64,000 bases of DNA. It comes from Dipteris shenzhenensis (lineage: Eukaryota). Of this stretch, positions 40,701 through 54,355 are shown piece after piece. Positions within the stretch are counted from its first letter, which is position 1. The number at the start of each line of letters is the position of its first letter. The stretch lies in assembly GCA_047967505.1 (NCBI GenBank), contig CM106538.1. One strand, written 5' to 3'. The notes beneath the pieces were generated by a model. It was given only the letters and a program-made list of their open reading frames with translations. It did not search any database and was not told the origin of the DNA. A program made the translations under genes and the position numbers.

Positions 40701-42255
40701 GTTATGGAATTATTTAATTTTAGTCAATTGTGACTATGGCAATGTATTCCATAGGAGTGCACCGCATGCGACGAGAGTCCTAGTGGATGCTTTATGGGGT
40801 TTAGTTGGGGACACCTAACTACATGTGTTTTGCCAAGGTAGATGGTTAGTATAGCGGGTGATTCCATGTTAATACTAATGTCGTTAGTGTTACTGGTGTT
40901 ATTGCAATTGGTCACAAGGTGTGTATTTTGATGTTTGTATATCAAGCATACAATTGTGTTGGGATTAGTTGGTGTGATGATTCATCGATTGATTGTAACA
41001 ACTAACACAATTGGCAGCTCGAGTACAGATGATGAGTTGGATAACAATGAGAAACAAATATGGTGAAGGTGATTTGGATTGATCAAAGTGTCGTATGCTG
41101 CCAAAGGCCATGTGCTATATAGTAAATCAATGAATATTAAGCCGTGGGCTAATTTATTTTATTAATTGTGGATGAGGGCATATTAAGCTTTGTGATATTC
41201 TGAGCTCGTGGAGCTATGTTGAGCAATCCCTCTAATTGTGGACAAGGGATGCTTTTGAATGTACTATTATTGGCCCTTTCCTTTTTGGAATAACAATCAT
41301 GAATACTCTAGATGGGAAGCAAGACCCACCATCTAGGGGGGCAGATTGGACCCTTGCAGTGTCGCTCTCTCTGTCTCTTCTCTCCCTGCTTTTTTTCCTT
41401 GTTCTTGGTTTTTATGGTTTTGGTAAATCATGAATTTATAATCATGTCTACTTTTAATTTTCATAACAGGATCAAAGAGTAGCAAGGCTACCACATGGGC
41501 AACATGCAGTCTACAAGATCAATTTGGGATCATACTTGCTAGAAGTATAGTAGAATATTATAGGTCCACGTGTGTTGGTGTGGGTACAGATGATTTTAGG
41601 GGTCAAGTGCAAGTCCAACAATCTACAGACTAGTTGGGGTAGAATCGAGCAAAAAGCGACTAGCGCCAGGGCCTTAAATAGGCTTCACAATAGGTATGTT
41701 TTATAAGGAGGGACAATGAAGGTCGACCTAGTTTGGGACTACAAAGGGATTGGTCAGCTAGTTTATGGACTAGATGGCTAGTTTCTAAGTCATTCAAGCC
41801 CTATAAAAAGGCCCCTAGAGGGGTATTTCTCAATGCTAATTCAATTATTACCTCACCACTTACCTGCAGTTCTCATTCAATTTGTGCCTCACTATTTAGC
41901 TAAAGTTCCAGAATCAAGGGGCCATGAATCAAGGAGTCTTGTGCCTCACCATTGGCTGCAACAAACAGGAGGAGCAAGGAGGTCAAGGTTCAATACATCA
42001 ACAAGACCTCACCAATGGTTGCAAATGAAAGCAACAAGGAGGTCTATGTGGAGAGCATTTACGTAGCCCACTGATGGTCTTGGAGAGAACAGAAGCTAAC
42101 AGAGATTTGAAGGTACCAAGAGGTGGTAGGAGAACACCTTTGTGGTGCCGCATAGGCAGTAGCTTAACTAGTAGATGGTGGCACACCTTGATATAACGTT
42201 TTTTGGAGCAGTACATATTCATTGTTTGTACTCTCATGTGCATGGTTTATTAACG
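37800..42255 (+). mobile_element. Copia-type LTR split by the 37913-41468 insertion
   Basis: Starts TGTTCGG with the shared U3 hairpin motif; resumes after 41473 with CCTATAAAAAGG near 41799; right end uncertain. Confidence 0.45.
37913..41468 (+). mobile_element. Non-autonomous LTR element (LARD-like) with about 800-bp LTRs and a non-coding AT-rich interior
   Basis: LTRs 37913-38713 and 40671-41468 (TGTTAC...TAACA); degenerate PBS TAGTATCAAAGC after 38713; PPT AAGCAAGAGGGA before 40671; imperfect TSD AAATC/GGATC. Confidence 0.85.
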
Positions 42256-43029
42256 GTCTCCATTGTCCACTGTGAGAGTGTTGGTGGCTATAGAAAGTAA
42301 CTTCCACTCATAGCACGTGCATGGGAAGCCTAGTCTTGAAGTGTATTCCAATATGGCATCATAAGTACTTCTAAGGACTTGTAACCAACATAGTGCATTT
42401 ATGAGGAGTACCATCGAATGTAACACAATAATTCACTCTTCATAGGATAGCTGACCAAGGTTATCGAATGCCTAATACCCATTAAGAGGGTGAGAAGTAT
42501 GAAGTTGAGGATGCACCATCAACATTTGGTGATCGCTCTATGGGATACAGAGCAATTGTAAGTTTGAGAATGAGCAACGACTTCAATAAGATGCAACAGT
42601 CAACATTGCAAATCTATGCATACAAGGAGGTATGACAAGGCCCGAAGCAACTTAAGAAGGTAGTGTAATATCAAACAGCCTTGTCGAGAATGTGAGCAAT
42701 CCAAGCCAAAATGCTTAAGCCCAAGGAAGTAGGAGGAGCTTCAGAAGACGAAGCAAGCGAACCATCAGGAGAGCTTCAAGAGGTCGATTGGAATACCATA
42801 TAAAGGAGAGATGAAAGTGTGGACACCACAAGCAAATAACCTACCCACAAACTAGAAGAAAGGGGTCAGGACCTAAGCATCACACATAGCCAAGGGCACC
42901 ACACCAGCCAAAACCTTTAGATCAAGCAAGCCAAAGTTGTCTGGCAAAATGTGCTATAATATTCAAATACTTGCACTACTTCTTTCGAATATGCAGATTT
43001 ATAGATTTCCATAAAATTTTCTCATACAA

Positions 43030-43700
43030 GGAAAATTATTTCACTTTTTGGTGAAAAAGCAAAATTATTTCTATAAGACCACCTATTTTACCTTTCCTCT
43101 CACGTGAAGATCTTTTGATATTCTCACTAGAACTCCCTAGCACGTTAGTAATGACCACGATAGCATTGGATTCTTTTGAATATCCTATGGACACATTTTG
43201 ATGGAGTTTTTTCCCAACTTCATATGGAACATGTGCATAAGCTAGAGGGCCTATCAAATGACCAACCAAGGCTTAATTCCTATGAATGTCTCTTTTAGTA
43301 TCATGTTTTGCAAAATGGGAGCATGACTTCTACTCATTAAATATACAATGTTTCAAAAGCTTTTGCCCAATACATCCTTAGAATTTTCTTTTCATCAAGC
43401 ATAATCCATGCTAATTGTATAATGACTTTGTTTTTCATTTCTACTACTCAATTTTTGTTTTGTTTAGAGCCAGCTTTTTCTATGTGAGGCATAACTTGAT
43501 TCTACTTTGGAGTGTATTTACATGTGAAATTTTGTTTTATCCCAAGCGGTCTACAAGCATTGAACATATCCATATCCTTCAATTCTTCTTGTATCTTTGT
43601 TTTGGTGTGATGTCCACGATTGTGCTTATAAGTGCACCGTAAAATCTATCGTGCCTACAAGTGAACCAAGGACTCTACACATGCCAAGGTAATCCTTCTC
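43030..43700 (-). pseudogene. Copia integrase/gag remnant
   Basis: AYAHVPYEVGKKL...IGYSKESNA. Confidence 0.55.
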
Positions 43701-44224
43701 TCTCCCCAAGGGGCTGAATTCATGTATAATGATTTGATGGAAGTGAGCAAAAGCAAGTAGACTAAGTATTTAGAATTAATTCTTGGCCTCTTTATAGATC
43801 ATGGCCATTGAAGCCCATGCTCTGAGGTGTTGGGAATTTCCTAACTTGTGTGCTAGCAAGTGCAACTAGAGAGTTTGCAATGAGATTCTAGTACCATGGC
43901 ACCAATAAGAGCACCAAGAAGTTGTGCGACTGCGTCAAGAGGTTGAAAAACTAACCACTCAACACAGTCCTTGAATCTTGAGCCATGTAGTAGGCTTGCT
44001 AACATGTGAATATTGCATTCATTAAAACACATCCATATGTTTGATACATGGCTGATATGTTCAAATAAGGAATTCACTGGAGATTGGCATGTGGGCATCA
44101 GCTACCGTGTCATCGTTTATCAATAACGCACGTGGCACTACCATATCCATAAAATACATGGCACTACCATGTAGACAAATACCTCACCATACTTAACACA
44201 TGGCAAAGTGCCACCAAGTCATGT

Positions 44225-44370
44225 GTGTGCTTCATAATTACATTGTGCCACACAAGCGCATCCACGCTTCATAATTACATTGTGCCACCGAATCACATTC
44301 GTGCTTCATAATTATATTGTGCTACACAAGCACATCTATGCTACGTAATTATAGTGTGCTACATAAGCAC
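44225..44370. repeat. Degenerate tandem repeat of about 36 bp (GCTTCATAATTACATTGTGCCAC...)
   Basis: About four diverging copies. Confidence 0.75.
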
Positions 44371-44599
44371 ACTAGTATTGTAGCATATGCACACACTTAC
44401 ATTGGCATATAACATACATGCTAGGAACACCCCTCCAAACCCTTATATTGGCATATCACATAGTGCATGCTAAGAACACCCCTCCACTAGTAGATACTTT
44501 TATGTGCACAAAAAATCCACATCATCATTTTCATACAATTTGCATTTTGCATTAAAATTGATCATTTTTTAGATTAACTTCATGATTGGACCAGTGTGG

Positions 44600-47200
44600 C
44601 TGGTTTAGCTATGAAATCCTCTACGTTGATTCAGAGATCAAGCTCTGCAAAAGCCAATGCTATAAACTAATTGAGATGTCTTGACTTTGTTACTTTTGTT
44701 TTGGAAAGATCTATAGAATTGGTTCAATGCAAATAACATGTCCAAATCATCATGCTTGAAAATCACTTCAATAGTGCAACCAAATTGCAAATAAATACAT
44801 GTCTCGAATACTTGGTTAGGCAAACTATATATCAAATCAATTGACTTCAATTGGTGAAGAGGCCAAGATTGAAAGATTGGTTTAGATTGTGCTCATTGAC
44901 CTTGGCAAAAACTATGATTAGTTTGTGATAGCAATGGTCACCAAAGATGCTTCACCATCAATTGAGATTATGTAAGGCATGCTTATGTAAGAATAGTTAA
45001 GAAGAGATGGAAGCACTAATATTAAAAGCCGTGATCAAGCCTTTTGTCACAAAGGAAGAGGATTTCATAGAGTGAAACCTATAAATCCTAATAGAGGCAG
45101 AGGAAAGTATTCAAACAATCCTAATAGACATTTTAATAAGTATCAATCTTCATAAGCTATAGAAGAGGAAGTAATCAAAACAATACTCCTAGATACAAGA
45201 ATTTGTCATTACTGTGGAATCTAGTCCATTGGGAATCTTAATGCAATAAAAAACAATGGGATATAGATAGGGGTGGTAGTACAATAGAGTTGGCGATCAA
45301 TATCAAAATCAAGTCAATCAATATAGATAGTCTACAATTATGCTTATGAACAATATCAAGGCAATTTTGAGGAACAATTCAAACACAAAGTCCTCATTAG
45401 CTCTCATTTCTTTGGGAGTTGCACATTTTTGAGTAAAATTATATGAGCAAGGTTTTATGAGCGGTTCAAGATTAGCAATACACTCAAGTAGTGTTTAGTA
45501 GAGAAACCACCTTGGAAATTCATTCTATTTCTTCTATCTCTTCATTTTCATCGGAGTGTTTAGTAGAACAAATTTTATAGATTGTCTATTCTATTAAAAG
45601 TAACCACAATTAGAAAGCATGAAAAGCCAAGGCAAAAACAATGACCCAATAATTAAATACCGCGCTTCCATCAAACCATAGCTTATTATTCTCCATAGAG
45701 TTTTCTTATCACTTTTTGTGGCTCTCATCAGAGGCTTCATCAATAAGAATCAATTATTATTTCACTAAGAAATGAAAATCTACTAAGACTAAATATATAT
45801 TATAACCATTTTTATCTATAAAAAATTAAATTCAGAATTTAAGACTCTAAATGATATAATTTATAATTTATAACCTTGTAGATGTGTTCAAATGGCCTTC
45901 TTCATTCGATTTGAGTGGCTAAATGACTATATTTAGCCATTAGATGTAAAAGTTATGACATTTTTAAGATGTTGTCCAATATAGCTTTGCCGGTGGAACT
46001 ACCCTGGAAGGCTTCCTACAAATGGCTTTCTTTGGAGAAACCCCTCATGACAAGGGGTAATCAGAGCGTTTCTTCAAACTCTAAGGTAGTTTCATGATGA
46101 AACTGCTTCATTCAAATGAGTTTCTTTGGAGAAACACCCCATGAAGAGGGATCATGAGAGGTTTTCTTCAAGTATACTCCCCTATCAGATACGAATTATA
46201 AGGGGATTTTCTATGAGAAACCCACTCTACATGTGGGTTTTTTTATCCTTTTCATCCTAGTATCCACCATGTCTCTAACATCATTGTCATTGTTAGATGA
46301 AGTTCTCCATCTTTGTGCCAAGATCTATGGATAAACACATATAGTTTCTATGAGAAACATGGTTTTTGGAGCAGACCTAATATGCCTTTTTTTGAAGTAG
46401 GAATGTGAAAATTTTTTCCTTCACTCGGACACTCGCAGGTTTTTTCTCAGAAAAGGGCCACCCCCGTTTCTTAATATGTCGTTACAAGAAATAAACTTGA
46501 TTAGAATCATCAAGCTGCAAAAACTTGGTGGTTTGATTCACATCCAAGCAACCATATGACTCGTGAAAAGGGTTGGCTTTCCATACTACATCCAAATATA
46601 AATGCCAAAGAGAATGTGATTATGGGTGATAACCACCTTATAAAATTGAAGGAACTGGTAATATAGTACTACATAGTGATGCATTTATTACAGAAAGTAA
46701 TGGCGATTGTTTCTATGTTCCTCTTGTTGGTCAAATGACTAAGAATGATATGGAAATTGTTTTCAACAAATATGGATGGACAGTTAGGAAACTTGAAAAT
46801 ACTAACTCTATCATTGTGAAAGGTGCAAAGATTGGTAGAATATTCAAAATTTCATCAATTGTTCCAAGTTAGAGAGCACTTGGTTTACTCACCAACAAGA
46901 TCAAGATGCCTTGGTACAAGGTCTTCCACAACTTTCTATTCATAAAGATGTCAAGGAATTATGCTACGTTGGCAAACATGCATGGGTAAATAGCACAAGA
47001 GACCATTTACAACATCATGGTCTAGGATCTTAGATGCTCTCCATATCATTTACTCTTACGTATGTGGTTTTTCTTCTACTTTCTTAATGGGTAGAGAATC
47101 ATACTTCATCACCTTCTCTAATGATTATTCCATAAAGATTTGGATATATTTATTGAAATAGAAATTAAATGCTCTCAATGCATTCAAGGATTTCAAATTA
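44600..47200 (+). pseudogene. Highly degenerate copia gag, protease and integrase remnant, interrupted at about 45400-46500
   Basis: SNQLTSIGE gag motif, CHYCG knuckle, WWFDS..ASNHMT protease-like motif, DYSIKIWIYLLK integrase-like motif. Confidence 0.5.
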
Positions 47201-49503
47201 AAAGGCAATTAGCATTGAATGTACTAATAATCCTTTTATGAAATTTAAATTTAATATGATAATTAAAAAAAAATCAACTGTTACCTTGTATTAGAAAAAA
47301 AAGGTATGCCACTCCTAAAAAAGACCCTGATACAAAAAAGGACAACTCCAATGGGCATGAACCCGCGGCCTACCATCAATATGATTTAAAATTAAAAAAC
47401 AATATGATAATGTTCAATCTATGATGGGGAACAAAAGATAAAGTGGATTTCAATCAAGCTTCATTATACCAATTTGCTAATCCATGACACCATTGATACT
47501 ATTGTTTGAGCACTAGCTATTTTGGGGGATTAAGCATGATAGAGGCTCAAGCACCTAGAAAGACCCAACCATCAATGAAGCATACTTCCTCTTATATTCA
47601 TGAAGCAAAAAAAATTCCACGAGGGCACTTTTGGATACATCAAAGAGAATAGAAATTTGTCATTTTCTAAGATTGCTTTGTGTATGACCTGCCCCATCTA
47701 CTATTAAGTAGCCAAAGATGGTCAGTAATGACTAACTACATCTCAATACATAGAACAATTCTCACCAAGTCAATATGAAAGCTATGCCAGATTGATGGAG
47801 GAAGTCGGAAATTTCCTTGCCAAATGTCATGCAAATATTGAGAATTAGCTTGGTGATGTCAAGCAACAATAAAACTTCTTAAAGGATGGAAATCTTTGAA
47901 TCACTCCAATAGATCTCATTATTTGCCTTTGTTACAGGGTCCTTGTTTAAAACTTCTATAAAAAGTTATGATACCTTAAAGGTTGATGTCATTTCATTGA
48001 AAGTTTGTTAAAGACGGCTTTTGAATGGAACCTACACGAGCTCAAAGTTGCTTGCTACTTTAGTCTCCTCAAGCTTATAGAGGCTATCTAGATAAACATC
48101 GTCCCTTTTCACAATGTAACAAAGTTCTTCTTGTATTGACAGATATGGCCTTTGGAAGTTTGCGCTTTATAAAGTAGGAGGAAGTAAAAAATAATAATTA
48201 CATCATTGACTAATCTACTAGTGACACATTTTGGATTCATTAAAAGAGTCACTAAAAATAGAAATTTACAATACCATTATGGCATACATTGCTGAAAGGA
48301 GACTATGGGCCTCGAGTTGAGACATATGGCAATTGTTTGGAGCTCAATTATTTGTTAGCTTATAACAACGTCTTTTCAAAATCTTGACATGATGATGTAT
48401 GAGGCATTGAGATGCACCACTGGATTCAACACTTTTACATGCCATTAGTTCAAACTTAGCAAATGAAAAGCCTTTATTCATTAATCATTATGGGGTAGTG
48501 ACCTTGCGATGATGGTTGTCCATGTTAGTTGTGAAACCACTTTAATCTTGTTGTTTCTAAATTAAAAGTTGTCAATATACCTATCCATGGGAGAGAGATA
48601 TAAGTTGTTCAACTTTAAGCATATTTATATTAATATGTGGGAAAGATATTTAAGTGGGCATTCTTGCTCCACATTAAGCATATTTCTATTAATAAATCTA
48701 TAGACATTGGAGGAGACATGGCTGCATAAGGATCTTGTTCTCATAATCGTGCCCAATGTTTTGAATGGGAATATAGGACTGTGGAAATTCTGTTGTTAAT
48801 ATTTGTAATGGAGTCATACCATACACTAAGAATTGAATGAGAGCAAAAGTTTAAGGTATCAAGAGACTCTGCCGCATATCCTACTCCTAGCCTTGCAATA
48901 AGCTAGCCAGACTCAGCTCATGGAAATATCTAATGACTTTTACGGTTGAAAGTGGGCAACTCAATAAATGTCTTACAACTTTGCCATGCAAGATGCAACT
49001 GATTGCTTAGAATAACATGAGGACTACTTTTCAGAGGTAAGACGAATTTTTTTCTTGATAGATTTCTTTTCAAGAGAAATGACAAAGGAGAAGGTGGGGA
49101 CACATGATGAGATAATTTTAAGGAGTGGGCCAAGTATTGAGGGAAAAAGGTGTGGCTTGAAGGGGGCGTGTGTGGAGGAGAAGAGGGGGGTTGGTGCATA
49201 AGCTAAGGACGAGTGAGATTAGTGTGGAAAGAGAGGATTAAGATGCTGGGGCTTTCTCAGGAAGGGGATTACGGCAGAATAGAAGGCGAAAGAAAGGATT
49301 AAGGTGCTAATGAGGAGGAGGTTAGTGGGGATTAACGCCAGATTAGAAGTTGAGATCAAGTGTGAATAACTTTTAAGCGAGCCGTCTTCATTTTTGTTGT
49401 GTTACCAATTTCTGTTTCGCCTGCAGATGCAGACATAACTCCATCTGCTTGGCTATGCTCCCAGCTCCTTCGGATCCCTAAACAATTTGCTTCATCATCC
49501 CCT

Positions 49504-49528
49504 ATGGAGCCTCTTCACAATCCTCCTC

Positions 49529-49561
<33 letters not shown>

Positions 49562-49674
49562 TCGACAGATCCGCTTACAACCCCGTCCCCCACGACTCTA
49601 GCCATGTTCGCAAAACTAACCTCGTTCTAGAGACCCTTGATGAACTCAAGAACCTCCAGATTGACGTACCTCAG
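49504..49674 (+). CDS. Candidate first coding exon of an unidentified gene (poly-Pro N-terminus)
   Basis: ATG at 49504, MEPLHNP(n)LDRSAYN...LDELKNLQIDVPQ, donor CAG|GTACCT at 49674/49675; CpG-rich island; upstream acceptor-like CCTGCAG at 49426. Confidence 0.35.
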
Positions 49675-50232
49675 GTACCTATCCCCTTAGCTGCTTTCCT
49701 TCACGATTACGCCTCAAAATTCTAATTTTTTTTGCTGCGGACCTCAATCGCTAATTGGATGTACTTCGTCGCTTGCGAGATGCTGTCTGATTGGAAACTT
49801 CGTTAGGAAAGGGGTGTTTGTTTTAGAGCTAAATATGGTAATTGTCGAGCGAGCGATCAATCGATCGATCGAGAGAGAAGCTAACATCAAAGCAAGCAGG
49901 CAGACTGAGACGCGGACCAAACTTTCGCACTGATCCATCTATCTATTATTATCAATGTGGAGATTCTCGAGCAAAATTAACCTTCGGATTAGGCCAATTG
50001 TTCAGAAGTAAAATAAACAGTAATACTCTCTACAGGTTTGCCTTGCAACTACACGCTTCCACACGCACAGAGTCATGTGCTCCTTGTAGTTGGCTAATTG
50101 TCTCGCACAGTATGCTCGCATGGAAGAAGGGTTTTGCATAACAGGTTAGAGAGAGAAGGAGTTAGCTCCCTTGCCTGTTCCATCGGCATCAGAGATTCAG
50201 TTTTTATTTCCTGAACTTATGAGGGACAGTTT

Positions 50233-51033
50233 AGGGAGCGTGCACTAGTTTATGATAGAGACACGCTGTGTCAAATCAACCATGAGCATAGAGACACCTA
50301 TCAACGCTGGCATGGAGGATCAGTTGACATCCGCACTAGGTCGACCTCTGCCCTCAGTACCAAAAAAGGCCAGCATGTTAGCAATGATAAGCGCAGATGC
50401 AGCAACAACAATCAGAAAATTCCACTCAGATGGTACAATCCACGAGATGAGAGAAGGGCGGGACCGAGCATTGAAAGAGTGGTACATGAAGTAAGGGAAG
50501 ACAGAGAGGCCAAAAGAAGAATAGGATTGTGAATTCCTGCTGCTCCTAATTAGACCAGAGATAGTGTAGGTGAACTGATAGTCCGCCAAGCTCAATCTCC
50601 AAAGGTATGATGGCAAGAGACCAATCCTTTGCAAGGGAGCGTGCACTAGTTTATGATAGAGACACGCTGTGTCAAATCAACCATGAGCATAGAGACACCT
50701 ATCAACGCTGGCATGGAGGATCAGTTGACATCCTCACTAGGTCAACCTCCGCCCTCAGTACCAAAAAAGGCCAGCATGTTAGCAATGATAAGCGCAGATG
50801 CAGCAACAACAATCAGAAAATTCCACTCAGATGGTACAATCCACGAGATGAGAGAAGGGCGGGACTGAGCATTGAAAGAATGGTACATGAAGTAAGGGGA
50901 GACAGAGAGGCCAAAAGAAGAATAGGATTGTGAATTCCTGCTGCTCCTAATTAAACCAGAGATAGTGTAGGTGAACTGACAGTCCGCCAAGCTCAATCTC
51001 CAAAGGTATGATGGCAAGAGACCAATCCTTTGC
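50233..51033. repeat. 401-bp tandem duplication
   Basis: 50233-50633 is nearly identical to 50634-51033. Confidence 0.92.
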
Positions 51034-52462
51034 ATTTGATCTCTTGTCTTAATCAGTTTGAGAGCTATTTCTCAGAGGTACCCACAATGGACAATGACTG
51101 CTTACCGGCTTTAATGAGTCCTTCAGGCGACACTGTCACTAGTGGTACGGTGGCACGCACATTATTGCGATGTTGAGCCAGAAATAGCTAGATACTGTGG
51201 AATGAATTTCCTTTACGACATTAGGACACTTTCTTTCACCACAATACTTGGAGACCTAGTTCTTGGAGCTGTCCTAGGGCCCCAATGAATCGGTCAACCG
51301 TCTCGCCAACTGATTCATACTTATAGAAAGAGGAGCAGGACAAGACCATAAAGTTTCTCGGTCAGACGTCCAATGGTACGTTCATAGCTTTTGACCCAAA
51401 GACCGCAACATGCTTATGAGTTGTCTTAGAATTGAGCAAGGGTCAAGCATGCAAGGTGGCCCTCAACAAGAAGTACCAGGACTTTACCTTTTTTGGAGAC
51501 TGTAGCTCCAACAACGGAAACAAGGTTGGTAATGGGAAGCAAAGCAATAAGAAGAATTGGATAATAGACAACAATGGCTATGGAGCTTTCTTGGATGCTG
51601 AGACACATGCCAATACAAAAAGAAGACCGTTGCTATTATTGTCATATGTAGGGCCACAAGCAGTAGGATAGCCCACATTTCAAGAAGCTTTGTGAGTAGA
51701 TGGCTATACCAGCTGTGTAGAATCGCGTAGGATAGAATAGATGCATCTTGAAAGAGGTGTGAGAGCACAATGAAACCAAAATGTAGTTCTCTATTATGGA
51801 TTATGAGAGAGAGGACTCTCTCTTATAGAAAGGGGGAGAAGGTAGCACCTTCCCTACATAAGTGGCAATCAGACCCTACATCAGTGGGAATCAGTCCCTA
51901 CATCAGTGGGACTGGCCTAAATCAAAGGAACCTTCCATGTGGGGGCCTTTGGCTTACATCATCATTTAGGTCACACACTAGACACATCATAGCACTTGAT
52001 GTGCCTTTACAACACACACAAACACACATGTGACTCCCCTAGATGCAGACATGCACCATAGAGCAAGCCCTTGATCACACTTATCCCAACATACCCTCCC
52101 TCAAGGGTTTGTCTCTTGCAGTGTCAAGGATACATCTAGTCTCATAGTTTCTCATGCCATCTCATGGTGGTCAAGGATAAATCTATGGCTAGGATCTCAT
52201 GCTAGCAAGGGTTCCCAAGGGTGTGAAGTCAAACAAAGGGATACATAAGACCCTCCAATGGTTATCTCCCCTGCATGTACATGCACACAATGTCTGTAGG
52301 AGGTACCATGGAGCAAAACACATACACATGGCCTACATCATATGGTGACCAGAGGTGTTTACAAAGAACACAATAGTTTATTCCATTCATTTTGGAGGAC
52401 TATCCAGGCAGAGTACCTTGACTTAACATAAAAGAGAGATCTGGAGCATATGTGGAGTTGGT

Positions 52463-53278
52463 TCAAAAAGCATAATCATCATAGGAGGCCTCATCAACTG
52501 AAAGTAAATTGGCAGTTTCTGATTTTGTAGTTGCTTCCTTTTTGGCCTTACAAAATTTTTCATGGTGATTGTTTTTGCCACAATATTTGCAAGGATTGAT
52601 CTTGAAGCAATCTTTTGAGAGGTGATTAGTCTTCCCACAATGTTTGCAAGGTGGAAACTTGCCCATTTGAGTTTTTATGGCATAGGCTGTGTCATTACCT
52701 CTCCGTAGTTCCTTGTGCCTTTCTTCTTCTTGAAGGGCAGTAATAAGACTTTCAAGAGTAGGATTAGGAAGATTTTTCAATGTGGTGACAACATGATCAT
52801 AATCTTCAGGCATACTTTTGAGCAATACTGCCATTGCATCATCCGTAGTGATTGGAGAGTTGATAGAAGCAAGTCGAGTCATGAGACTCCGCATGTGATT
52901 GATATGGGCAGCCAAGGGAGTGCCACTAGCCATCTTCAATTCAAAGAAAGCAATCTTAAGTGACAATTTTGAGATGTGAGAGCTAGCACCAAAAAGAATA
53001 TCAAGCTTTTGCCAAGCTTCAGAAGGAGACTCCAAATCAGAAATGTGATGAATAGAGTCATTTCCTAAGCCAAGAGTAATAATGCCATAGGCTTTCTCCT
53101 CTCTAGCGGGATCTCGTGTCGGGCGTGTAGGAGCTGAGGATTCTCTAGCATTAGAGGCTGTTGAAGCAGGTTTGATAAGCCCCCAGAGGTTTTCCCTCAT
53201 CAATGCAAACTTGACTTTCATTTGCCATGTGTGAAAGCCTTTACCATTGAACTTATCAATATTCAAGAGGGTAGCCAT
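52463..53278 (-). CDS. Intact copia-type Gag, 271 aa, two CCHC knuckles
   Basis: IDKFNGKGFHTWQMK, UBN2-like core, CKHCGKTNHLSKDC and CKYCGKNNHHEKFC; ends DDYAF*. Confidence 0.88.
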   Translation of the reverse strand: MATLLNIDKFNGKGFHTWQMKVKFALMRENLWGLIKPASTASNARESSAPTRPTRDPAREEKAYGIITLGLGNDSIHHISDLESPSEAWQKLDILFGASSHISKLSLKIAFFELKMASGTPLAAHINHMRSLMTRLASINSPITTDDAMAVLLKSMPEDYDHVVTTLKNLPNPTLESLITALQEEERHKELRRGNDTAYAIKTQMGKFPPCKHCGKTNHLSKDCFKINPCKYCGKNNHHEKFCKAKKEATTKSETANLLSVDEASYDDYAF

Positions 53279-54355
53279 GAGAGGGTCTAACCCAAAATGG
53301 GCTGTGTCTACTCTCTTACAAGGCTAGAAAAAGCTGAAAAGCTTCAAAGTACAAGCATTTGGTGTAGCAAAGACTTGTAACCAAATTCCATAGTAAAAAT
53401 AATAATGGAAATAATGCTTTAACTTGCATGCTTCATAGAGGTGGCTAAATGAAAGTATTCCAAGCAAATCCAGGTATAGCAACCTAAAGGAAAGTTGTAG
53501 CCACAATTGTACTGATGCTATTCAACACTTTAAAGTATGAGAAATGCCAAAGTAGCATCTAATGTAGCACCAAATTCACAACATTGTCAAAATTGTCCAA
53601 AACAGAGGCCTTGTCTTGGAGGGCTTGTATCTCACTCTTCAAGGCAAAGAAAAGAGGGCTTTCTAGGTAGAAATAAAGCTGGTATACCAGAGAAGAGCCA
53701 TTGAAGAGGAAAGGCGAAATGCCACGTCACGTCGCCATAGCCAGGAGCTTGATTGTCCACTGGTTTTTTCGCATTTTCTCCCTCCCTGGTGGACCATTTC
53801 ACTTCAAATCTGGACAGGGGCTAGCTCATGATGTTGTGCAAGCGTGGCTCAGAGGAATTTCGAAATGGTTGCTCCAGCAAGTCGTATTGCACGAAATGGC
53901 GTCACGAAGAAGGCGGCTGTTGCGCGGGTCTGTGGGCACCATTCCCTAATTGCTCTGACGTGGAAGTGTGGCGGGTCATGCAATGGAGATGTGCGATGTG
54001 GCTGCACCCTAGTCCAAACCACCCTATGGTGTCAAACTCCCATACGAAGGGTCTCTCCAGCCAGAAGGACTCTGGGAATGGTTGCTTGTAGGTAGAGAAC
54101 AAGCTCACACAAAATTTTGGAAGGAAAGAGGAAAATGGCATAAGAAGAAGAAGAAGAAGAAGAAGATGACATGGCATAAATGGGCTCAAGGAGGATCATA
54201 GTGCTTTGATACCAAGTTTAGAATCCCGTAGGATAGAATAGATGCATCTTGAAAGAGGTGTGAGAGCACAATGAAACCAAAATATAGTTCTCTATTATGC
54301 ATTGTGAGAGAGAGGACTCTTTCTTATAGAAAGGGGGAGAAGGTAGCACCTTCCC

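Noticed and set aside
44225-44480. 36-bp repeats resembling a CRISPR array
   Set aside because: Eukaryotic context, no unique spacers, units are degenerate tandem copies, no cas genes.
47341-47375. Minus-strand tRNA T-arm-like GGCCGCGGGTTCATGCCC
   Set aside because: No cloverleaf or A box; at most a decayed SINE-like fragment.
47500-49100. AT-rich stretch with faint LINE-like words
   Set aside because: Too degenerate to support any family call by eye.
50036-50141. Possible second exon after TCTCTACAG for the 49504 candidate gene
   Set aside because: The phase-0 reading hits a stop after 17 codons and shows no recognisable motif.
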